Of a stretch of DNA of 64,000 bases, positions 53,315-61,670 are shown piece by piece (positions within the stretch are counted from its first letter, which is position 1; every line of letters begins with the position of its first letter). The position numbers and the translations under genes were made by a program. This DNA is from Candidatus Babeliales bacterium (GTDB taxonomy: Bacteria > Babelota > Babeliae > Babelales > JANWKD01): assembly GCA_963722075.1 (NCBI GenBank), contig CAVRJM010000001.1, positions 1,210,864-1,274,863 on the forward strand, read 5' to 3'. The notes below the pieces were generated by a model. It was given only the letters and a program-made list of their open reading frames with translations, made no database searches and had not been told where the DNA came from.

Positions 53315-54019
53315 ATGCACAAACACAAACATACAATTATATTTTTGTTTTCAATTTTTTGTATCTTTGAATCACTATATTCAATGAAATGTAATCGGAA
53401 AAAAGTTTTTGCGATGGTGTTTAATTCAGTGCAACAAAACCGGTCATCAGCCAATCTTTTTAGGCCATTATGTCATTATAATGCGATAGCAGAAAATGAT
53501 TTAAGTATAAGTCAACCATATAGAACATATTCAACTAATAATGAAGAAAATATACCTGAAGACCCTTATATTTCTTTTTGTACTGATCGAGAACTATTAA
53601 AAGAACTTATTGATGCTCGACTAAAAATGGTAAGAGAATTTAATAATGAACGTATCCAGGCTCATTCGGATGGGCTATTTGATTTATTCCTAGGAGGAGT
53701 GTTAGTTATACCAGCTTTTGGATTAGGTGATCTTCTAACAGAATTTTATAGCTGTTCTTTATCGTTAAGTTGCCCCCTAAAATCTATTTTGGCTCTTATA
53801 ATAAGTTCTCCGTTTGCTGCATTTGACGGAGCGCTTTTAGGCGGATCGGCATTTTGCATTTTGGCTGGGATATATTGGACAACCAAACCGTTTATTTCAA
53901 TTCCTGCGGAAATTAAAGCACGATCAATTGCGCGTCAAGCAGTTAAATCTCAAGAAAAAAAGCTAAAAGAAAAAGCAAAATTACTTGGTTTATCTGAAAA
54001 CGCAATAAAAACGAAATGA
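53315..54019 (+). CDS. membrane hypothetical protein
   Basis: 234 aa with a hydrophobic N-terminus and two central TM-like segments. No domain recognised. Confidence 0.45.
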   Translation: MHKHKHTIIFLFSIFCIFESLYSMKCNRKKVFAMVFNSVQQNRSSANLFRPLCHYNAIAENDLSISQPYRTYSTNNEENIPEDPYISFCTDRELLKELIDARLKMVREFNNERIQAHSDGLFDLFLGGVLVIPAFGLGDLLTEFYSCSLSLSCPLKSILALIISSPFAAFDGALLGGSAFCILAGIYWTTKPFISIPAEIKARSIARQAVKSQEKKLKEKAKLLGLSENAIKTK

Positions 54020-54051
54020 TGTAACATTATTTTCCCTAAAAATTTATTTCC

Positions 54052-54531
54052 CTATACAGCTCTTGGCCAATTCCCGTGACCAAGAGTAAGACTTTTTCTT
54101 TCATGAGATTGTTCTTCATTATTATTCTCTTGTATAGATTCGCTATCTGTTGATATATTTTTATAAATTATAAATTTTGCTGTTGCATAGGAAACACCGA
54201 TTGTTGATAACCCCCATAAAAAACCAAGTAAGCCCCTATAGGTCGTATAAAATGATTGGCTGTTTTGAGCTTCACGACATAAGCATAATTCTAGCTTTCT
54301 TATATCGTACGTATTATTAGAGTTATATGTTAATGTTTGTTCGATAGTTTCTTTGTATGGTGCAAGATTAAAATAAGAAGTTACAGAAGTTTCTTTTCCA
54401 CCAATAAAAAATTTATTCGTAAAAAAATCACCGGCCTTATCAGCTTTTACTGCTCTTTTAAAAATTCGATGCATGCCAAAATTAGTGCTGAAAGATATTA
54501 TAAGAAGCAATAGCAAAAATAGTTTATTCAT
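54052..54531 (-). CDS. secreted/membrane hypothetical protein
   Basis: 159 aa with signal MNKLFLLLLLIISFSTNFG and one internal TM-like segment. Confidence 0.45.
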   Translation of the reverse strand: MNKLFLLLLLIISFSTNFGMHRIFKRAVKADKAGDFFTNKFFIGGKETSVTSYFNLAPYKETIEQTLTYNSNNTYDIRKLELCLCREAQNSQSFYTTYRGLLGFLWGLSTIGVSYATAKFIIYKNISTDSESIQENNNEEQSHERKSLTLGHGNWPRAV

Positions 54532-54609
54532 GACCGTCCTTTTTAGTTAGATCTTAATGATATTGAAGATACTGTAGCAAATAATAATTTAAACTACAAC
54601 GCGACTTAT

Positions 54610-55038
54610 TTATTTCTGCCAACCATGTTCAGAATAGATGATATTTTGCTGAATCATCTCTAATGCATGTCGATGAGCAGGGACCATATTTTCAGGCAAT
54701 TTATCTAATGAAAACCATTGCATATCATCATGACGATCGGGTTCATTATTACATAAGTTGCCATTCCATTGCGATACGGTAAAAACACAAGCAAAAAATT
54801 CAGGCTCATTGCATTTGCGATACATTACATGAATAAATTCCAAATCATCGTGGTTAATAATTAAGCCAAGACTATTTTTTGCTTCGCGCACTAGAGTATC
54901 GCGTGCGGTTTGGCCTACTTCTATTTGCCCGCCAGGTAATGAATAACAATTGTTACAAAAAGGTGTGTTGATTCTTCTGAGTAAAAGAATTTCATGATTA
55001 AGATTAAATAAGAGTAAGAGTGCAAAATTTGGAAACAT
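54610..55038 (-). CDS. NUDIX-fold protein with a degenerate Nudix box
   Basis: LPGGQIEVGQTARDTLVREAKNSLGL aligns to GGx2ExGEx7REUxEExGU. Substitutions are GE to GQ and EE to NS. Confidence 0.75.
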   Translation of the reverse strand: MFPNFALLLLFNLNHEILLLRRINTPFCNNCYSLPGGQIEVGQTARDTLVREAKNSLGLIINHDDLEFIHVMYRKCNEPEFFACVFTVSQWNGNLCNNEPDRHDDMQWFSLDKLPENMVPAHRHALEMIQQNIIYSEHGWQK

Positions 55039-55192
55039 ATCTTTTCTTTAATTAATTATCGTTTAAGTAACACTATATATAAAATTCTTATTTAAAAATC
55101 AAAATAATTTTTTTAAAACTTCCTATACATTTCTATTGTTTCTATTAGACTCGAAACAATTGCGGTGATTTACTTTAACATAAGGGGTTTTT

Positions 55193-56626
55193 ATGAATTT
55201 ATTTATATTGGCATTTTATTTTGCGGTTTCTTTTGGCGGTGTTATTAATGCAATGGAAGACGCAAGCGATGTAAATAATGACCCACATTTTTTAGCACTG
55301 AAATCAATGCCACCTTTAGTTGATGGAATAATAAAGGCTAATGAATGTCCTTTTGTAACTGAGCGATCCATACAGCCTTTAACGAGATTATGTATTCCCG
55401 CGCTGAATGCGTATGTTCGAGCTCAAATTCAGCATAACCCTCAATTTAATGTAACGCAATTTGAAAATTTGCTTTTATTAATTGGTGAGCATAGTTCTTA
55501 TTTACAACAATCTCTTGCGCAAGAAATTGATACGGTGCCGCTTGAAATACAATATGAAGAAGACAAAAACGAAAAGGAAAACTATATATATGAAATAAAA
55601 CTTGCGGGTTCAAATATGATTATCAGTCAAAAGGAGAAAGCTTTATTTACAAGAGAAAATAAATTAAAAAAAATTGCGAGCAAAAAACGGTCTCATATAA
55701 CATCTATTAATGATAATACATTTGTTGATGGGAGAAAATATTTTTCTATTTCAAATAATGGCAGGGTAGCATATCTCGATAAGACTTCTTTATATTTACA
55801 ACTACCGTCGGATATAAATGATTGGTTACCAATAAGCTTTTTAAATGAATTATCACTATCTGAATCTTCTTCACCGGGATCTACTAAAGGACGTAATAGC
55901 TGTGCATGTGTTACATTTAGCCCCAATCAAGATTATTGCTTTGTAGGTACTACCGGTGGGGAAATTTTTAGGATTAATTTTCCTGCAGTGCTAGAATTAA
56001 CCAAGAAAATATCTAAACATAGCATTAAGGCACTTTATTGCGCAACTAATGGCTGTGTGTATGTTTCAGATGATAATGAGAAAAACTTCGTCTGGTATAA
56101 TGAGGATATATTTGAATTACCATTTAAACAGCATACTAAAGAGATAATAAGTTCTGCAGATAATAATCTTGTTGCATTTCAACATCAAAACAATGAAGAA
56201 GTTTCAATAGTTGATTGGCATGCTCGTTCTATCGTTACTCTCAAATTAGGTAAAATAGTAGCCATTACCCCCGATCATACAATTATAGCATCACGTGGTG
56301 AAGAGTTATTATTCTATAATATTCATGGCGAACTATTAAACAAAATCCAATTGTCTGCGGGGAGCACCGTATTTGGCAATACCGTTCCTTCATTTGATCC
56401 TCAAACCCCCTTATATGTGGTTGCAACAAAAGAAGAGCAAATTATCGTAGTTGATGATTATGAAACTTATGATGATACATGGATTCCAAGCATGAGTAGA
56501 GCTCCTAATTGCAAAAAAGTTGGTTCGCATACAGAAAAAAAATTAAAAAATTGCTTATGGTTTCCAAAGCAACTTTCAACTCAAGAATTATTTGATGAAC
56601 TTAGTAAATTGCGTAAAAAAGAGTGA
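55193..56626 (+). CDS. secreted hypothetical protein (possible beta-propeller-like C-terminal half)
   Basis: 477 aa with signal MNLFILAFYFAVSFGGVINA. The N-terminus resembles that of the next ORF (…FSGVINAMEA). Confidence 0.5.
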   Translation: MNLFILAFYFAVSFGGVINAMEDASDVNNDPHFLALKSMPPLVDGIIKANECPFVTERSIQPLTRLCIPALNAYVRAQIQHNPQFNVTQFENLLLLIGEHSSYLQQSLAQEIDTVPLEIQYEEDKNEKENYIYEIKLAGSNMIISQKEKALFTRENKLKKIASKKRSHITSINDNTFVDGRKYFSISNNGRVAYLDKTSLYLQLPSDINDWLPISFLNELSLSESSSPGSTKGRNSCACVTFSPNQDYCFVGTTGGEIFRINFPAVLELTKKISKHSIKALYCATNGCVYVSDDNEKNFVWYNEDIFELPFKQHTKEIISSADNNLVAFQHQNNEEVSIVDWHARSIVTLKLGKIVAITPDHTIIASRGEELLFYNIHGELLNKIQLSAGSTVFGNTVPSFDPQTPLYVVATKEEQIIVVDDYETYDDTWIPSMSRAPNCKKVGSHTEKKLKNCLWFPKQLSTQELFDELSKLRKKE

Positions 56627-56672
56627 TTTTAAGTTTATACTATTATTAAAGGCTTATTGAAAGGAATTTGAT

Positions 56673-57077
56673 ATGAAATCATTTATAGCATTATTTTATT
56701 TTTCTGTATTATTTTTTTCTGGAGTGATAAATGCAATGGAAGCTAGTGAAGCGAAAAAAGTTGCTGAAGCAGCAGAAATAAAGGTAACAAAGGAGGCGTC
56801 TCTTATTGCCATAGTTGCAGCACAAGAAAAACAAAAACATGATGCTTGTTATGATAAATGCCCCGGTATGAAGAAAATAGATACCAGTAAAAAAAAGAAT
56901 AACGATGATGATTTTGATTATACTAAGTGGTGTCCTGGTATGAGACCACCTACAAGAAATGCAACTGAATCAGCTAACAATAAATCAAACGATAATGATT
57001 TTGGTGAACGATGGTGGCCTTCATATGAATCTACTCATACAAAAAATGATAGTAAGCATTATGATTGGGTTCCGTAA
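56673..57077 (+). CDS. secreted hypothetical protein
   Basis: 134 aa. The signal MKSFIALFYFSVLFFSGVINA is paralogous to that of 55193. Confidence 0.45.
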   Translation: MKSFIALFYFSVLFFSGVINAMEASEAKKVAEAAEIKVTKEASLIAIVAAQEKQKHDACYDKCPGMKKIDTSKKKNNDDDFDYTKWCPGMRPPTRNATESANNKSNDNDFGERWWPSYESTHTKNDSKHYDWVP

Positions 57078-57104
57078 AAGATCTATAAATTAATGGAGGT
57101 TATT

Positions 57105-57347
57105 TTACACATTTGCTTTGCAATTCTTGCAATCCCTGCAGCCTCTACAATCTTTGCAATTACTATTAATAGCCAAATTTTTTGAATTAATATTTTTGCG
57201 TATTTCTGAAATTTTTTTATCAGAGCGTGCTAATCGTTCGGTTACCGTAGCATTTATACGAATGGTAACAATTATAGACAATAAAAATATTACTATTTTA
57301 TCTTTCATTTTTTTCTTCTTCGCAAAGTAGTTTTGTTTGTTATTCAT
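57105..57347 (-). CDS. small secreted peptide with CxxC-repeat C-terminus (paralog 1)
   Basis: The conserved core is TVTERLARSDKKISEIRKNINSKNLA. The tail is NCKDCRGCRDCKNCKANV. It lies directly downstream of ORF 57349. The true start may be the internal Met (MKDKIVIFLLSIIV). Confidence 0.5.
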   Translation of the reverse strand: MNNKQNYFAKKKKMKDKIVIFLLSIIVTIRINATVTERLARSDKKISEIRKNINSKNLAINSNCKDCRGCRDCKNCKANV

Positions 57348-57348
57348 T

Positions 57349-57843
57349 TTAACACATATCTAAAAGCCAAATAGAATTAATTTCTTCTTGAAAAGTTTCC
57401 TCATAGTTTTTGATAAATGCTTGAAAATCATTACGAATTTCTTCTAGTTTTTCCGGTGTTGTATTCTTATTTGTTTCAGGAATATGATGTATAAAATGGT
57501 TGCAAAATTTGCTACAAAAATCTGCATAATCCTTGGTAAATAAAATGAAAGAGTGCCATAAATTATCAACATCTTTACTATACATGCCAACACCTGATCC
57601 ATTGTTAGTAATAAGTGCTGAAAGTATTAGATATTTTTTTAATTCCTTTTCAAGAATAATCATATCTTCATTTGTATAATTATGATCTTTCTGACATCTT
57701 TTAATGATATCATCCATGGGGTAATCTAATATACCTTTGATAATCTGCTTTTTATTAACTTCTTTCGTTGAATAGCTATATAAACAAACAACAGTTACTA
57801 ATCCTATCGTAGCAAACAATAATATTTTATTGATTATTTTCAT
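57349..57843 (-). CDS. membrane-anchored protein with a D-x2-WH-x2-ILFT-x2-Y-x2-FC...HH motif
   Basis: The track starts at TTG 57861; ATG 57843 (MKIINKILLFATIGLVTVVCLY) is preferred. DNLWHSFILFTKDYADFCSKFCNHFIHHIP resembles a conserved bacterial/plant domain. My recollection is the glycine-rich-domain/DUF1399-like family, but this is uncertain. Confidence 0.55.
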   Translation of the reverse strand: MKIINKILLFATIGLVTVVCLYSYSTKEVNKKQIIKGILDYPMDDIIKRCQKDHNYTNEDMIILEKELKKYLILSALITNNGSGVGMYSKDVDNLWHSFILFTKDYADFCSKFCNHFIHHIPETNKNTTPEKLEEIRNDFQAFIKNYEETFQEEINSIWLLDMC

Positions 57844-57958
57844 GATTAAATTCTTATGCAAATGATGGTACAGTATGGTTTTGATTATGAATTATTAGAA
57901 TATAAAGATGATTGAGTTATTAGCAATTAAATAACTCAATTATCTTTATATAAACATG

Positions 57959-58156
57959 TTATATAGATTTTTTACAGCCAGAGCAGCTTTTACAACTTTG
58001 TCTACAATCAGAAGCTGCTGCTAAATTTTTTGAATTAATATTTTTGCGTATTTCTGAAATTTTTTTATCAGAATGTGCTAATCGTTCAGTTACTGAAGCG
58101 CGAATTTGCGCAGTGAAGATTAAAGTAATTGCTGTTAATAGTAATGTATTGTTCAT
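57959..58156 (-). CDS. small secreted peptide with Cys-rich C-terminus (paralog 2)
   Basis: It has a signal peptide, then SVTERLAHSDKKISEIRKNINSKNLA, then the tail SDCRQSCKSCSGCKKSI. The core DNA is nearly identical to 57178-57250. Confidence 0.5.
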   Translation of the reverse strand: MNNTLLLTAITLIFTAQIRASVTERLAHSDKKISEIRKNINSKNLAAASDCRQSCKSCSGCKKSI

Positions 58157-58416
58157 TAACGTCCTTTGTGTTTATGTTTATTTAACCATACGTTTAATAA
58201 CATTTTTTATTTGAGTGTGCAAGCAAAGATGAGGTTTTTATTGTACAATAAACAAAAAATTATAAGGAGTGGTAAGCTATTTGGTGGAAGTTGTTTTACT
58301 ATTATTTTTTTTGGTATTTTTACAATTTTAACAATTGCCGTCTGTTACCATTAAATTTTTTGAAACTGATTTTGCTAGTAGCATTTCAGTTGTTGAAATG
58401 AAGGGTTTAACAATTT

Positions 58417-58731
58417 TTATTCGTGCCAGCTACATAATTCATATATAAGCTTCTCATGCTCCTCGCTCTTTTGTATCTGAAGGCTTAGTGCATTGAGTTT
58501 GTTATTATATTCATTCTGTGCCTGATGCATATCCATCCCATGTTTTATATTTTCTGCTATTAATGCTTGTTCATTATCCAAAAAATATTGATGGTATTTT
58601 TTTAAGTCTGCACTTGCTGTTTGATTAGTTGTTTGGTTATTATCTACCCAATTAAACAAGCTTTCTTCCATTGAAAAAATAAAGTTACTATACGTTAGTA
58701 CGGATAAATAAAAAATTCTTACTGTTTTCAT
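58417..58731 (-). CDS. secreted hypothetical protein
   Basis: 104 aa with signal MKTVRIFYLSVLTYSNFIFS and a helical body. Confidence 0.45.
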   Translation of the reverse strand: MKTVRIFYLSVLTYSNFIFSMEESLFNWVDNNQTTNQTASADLKKYHQYFLDNEQALIAENIKHGMDMHQAQNEYNNKLNALSLQIQKSEEHEKLIYELCSWHE

Positions 58732-58778
58732 ATTAATAAATCGACTAATTTTGAGTAAAAAACTGGTGATTAAAACTT

Positions 58779-58934
58779 TTATTTTTTTGTAGTTCTACAA
58801 TCTTTGCAGTTATTCTTACCATGTTTACAGTGACCTGCTAGAACATTTTTTGTTGGATCGGTTTGTTTTTGGGTAGTTAGGGAATGGGCTGATATCATGA
58901 TGCATACTAGCGCTAGGAATAATGTCTTTTTCAT
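58779..58934 (-). CDS. small secreted Cys-containing basic peptide (51 aa)
   Basis: Below the track cutoff and read by eye: MKKTLFLALVCIMISAHS-LTTQKQTDPTKNVLAGHCKHGKNNCKDCRTTKK*. It shares the NCKDCR motif with 57105..57347. Confidence 0.35.
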   Translation of the reverse strand: MKKTLFLALVCIMISAHSLTTQKQTDPTKNVLAGHCKHGKNNCKDCRTTKK

Positions 58935-59006
58935 TTTTTGATTTCTTTCTGCTCGTTGAAGTTTATTTTAGTATTAATATTTTTTACTAAAATATGCCAT
59001 AGGTAA

Positions 59007-61453
59007 CTACTTGATTGCAATTTTTGCTTTATATACTTCCTGATCTTTAACTAATAGTGATTCAGAAAGATCTGAAATCTGATAATGTATCATTTCTGCT
59101 TGCGTTACCCCTTTAATAAGTTGTTCTAAGGGAGCTAAAGCATCCAATTTTTTTTGTTCAGCGCTGTAAATTTCGAGTGCTTTTAAAGGTGTTTTTAATG
59201 ATAGTTGCTGTGCAGTTTTTAATGTACGAACTTCACTAATTACTTGTAACGCAATGGTCATTGTTAGTGCGCTTGCTTCAAAGGTATATGCTCGTTGATC
59301 AAATTCAGTATTATGAATAGATGGATTTTTTATGGTTGATTTATATAGTTCTTGATAAATCGCTTCGGTAATATATGGTATGTACGGTGCAAATGGTTGC
59401 AATATATTCAATCCTACCGTATAAAGCGTCCATCGGGTACCAGCAATTTCTTGTGGTGAATACAATTCTGGTTTGAATAACTGTTCCTTAATTATTTCAA
59501 TATAATTATCACAAAAATCGTTCCAAAAAAACTGCTCAATAGCATCAAGCGCTAAGCTAAATTCATACTCATCAAAATAATGTCTGTAATTTTTAAAACA
59601 AAGCGTCTTTTGATGTAACAGCCATTCATTAGCTGCACCTAAATATGCCGGTTGCTCAGTAGGAATATCGCGCATATGTTCATGAATAAAACGAAATGCA
59701 TTCCATAATTTTGTAATAAGGCGTTGACCAATTTTGAGTTGATTTTCTGAAAATGCAACATCGCTGCCCAATCGTCCAGATGCTGTCCAATAACGGATAA
59801 CATCTGCTGGATATTGTTCTAGCAATTGTTCAGGAGCTAAGCGAGCATTTTCTTTTGATTTTGATAACTTTTCTTTTGCGTCACTTAATACGTGACCAGA
59901 AATAACAATCGTACGCCAAGGAATTTGTTCATAATGCATCCAAGATTTTACGACGGTGTAAAATGCCCAGGTGCGAATAATATCATGCGCTTGGGGCCGC
60001 ATACTCATGGGTATAAATTCTTTAGCCGCGTCTCCAAACGGGCTTTCTTGCGGATTATATAATGAAAAACAAAGTTGTGGTGTTAATGAAGAAGTGTTCC
60101 AGGTGTCCATTACATCAGTATCTGGTTCAATAATACTGCTTTGGCAGGTAGGGCAATTTGCAGTATATGCTGTTTCTTGCGGATCAATAGGCAGCTGTTT
60201 TTCATCTGCTAAAATGACATGCCCATTATTACAATGCCAAGCTGGAAATGGGATACCATAAAAGCGTTGACGCGATAAGCACCAATCCCAACTTAATGAT
60301 TCAACCCAATTAACATAACGTGACCTCATAAAATGTGGGAACCATTCTATTTGATCAGCAAGCTCAATAAAATTCTTTTTATAAGGAAGAAGCTCTAAAA
60401 ACCATTGTGTTAATGCTAAATATTCAATCTCTTTTTTGCAGCGTTCGTGTACATTTACGGTATGCATAATTGGTTTTTGATTGAGCAATTTACCGTGCTC
60501 TTTAAGCTCAGCTAATACCTTTTCTCGTGCTTGGTGTACTTTTAACCCAGCTAAAATACCGGTATCTTCATTCCACCGGCCATCTTTACCAATTGATGGT
60601 TTATACGGTAAGTTATACTTTTTAATCCACTGAATATCTGTTTTATCGCCAAAGGTACAACACATTACCAACCCAGTTCCTTTTTCAATAGACACTGCAT
60701 CATCGGCTAAAATAGGAACCGTATAATTATAGAGCGGGACAATTGCTTTTTGCCCAGCCAGGTGCTGGTAACGGGGATCATGAGGATTATAAAAAAGCGC
60801 TACACAGGAAGGTAGCAATTCAGGTCGGGTAGTTCCCACAATAAGCGGACTACCATCAGCAGCGCTGAATGCAATATCATTAAAAAAAGATGATTTCTCT
60901 ACATCGTCCAATTCTGCTTGCGCGACTGTGGTGCGGCAGGTGGTACAATATAGAGCTGGTTCATGTTTACGATAAATAAAGCCTTTTTTATATAAGGCGA
61001 TAAATGATTCTTGTGAGATTCTTCGCGATCTAGTATCAATGGTGGAATAGCTTAACTGCCAATCAACAGAAAGTCCCATCCGTTGCCACAAGCTTTTAAA
61101 TTGTTCTTCAACTTCATGCGTTTCGAGTAAGCACAGTTGAATAAACTCTGAGCGCTTCATAGCATGGGCGCTTATTTCTTTTTTTTCTCTACAAATCGTT
61201 CAGTCGGTAGACCGTTATCATCAAAACCAAAGGGATAAAAAACAGAAAAACCGGTCATTCGTTTATAACGAGCTATAATATCGGTTTGTGTATAAGAAAA
61301 AATATGCCCTATATGTAAAGATCCTGACACCGTTGGTGGTGGGGTATCAATGCTGTAGGGAGGCTTATCAGCGGATGCTTTGTAAATATGCTCCTTATCC
61401 CAAAGCTCATTTATTTTTATTTCATATTTTTTATTATCGTACTGTTTTTCCAT
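59007..61453 (-). CDS. valS: valine--tRNA ligase, reading frame interrupted at an A8 run
   Basis: The N-part (61172..61453) carries PPPTVSGSLHIGH (HIGH motif) and GFDDNGLPTERFVEKKKK*. The C-part (59007..61160) carries the class I core with KLSKSK (KMSKS). One extra A in the run at 61179-61186 gives ...ERFVEKKKEISAHAMKRSEF... Confidence 0.85.
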
Positions 61454-61670
61454 AAAATATCATTTTTTTATTGGAGAAGTTTTGTGCCGTTGTTCTTCTT
61501 GCATCTGTTTTACCAGCGGATTGTGTAAATCAGCATTGCATATGAAAGTAGTTAAGAAAATAGAAATGTTTAATAAAAGAATCTGTTTTGTAATCATGAA
61601 TGTTGCCTTATCTTTTTAAAAATACCTTGTATGTATTTTATCGCGTGCAGGCTATAAAGTAAAGTTGGCC

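Noticed and set aside
61460-61597. 45-aa minus-strand ORF with a signal-like N-terminus just upstream of valS.
   Set aside because: It is too short and has no RBS or conservation evidence, so it is not reported as a feature.
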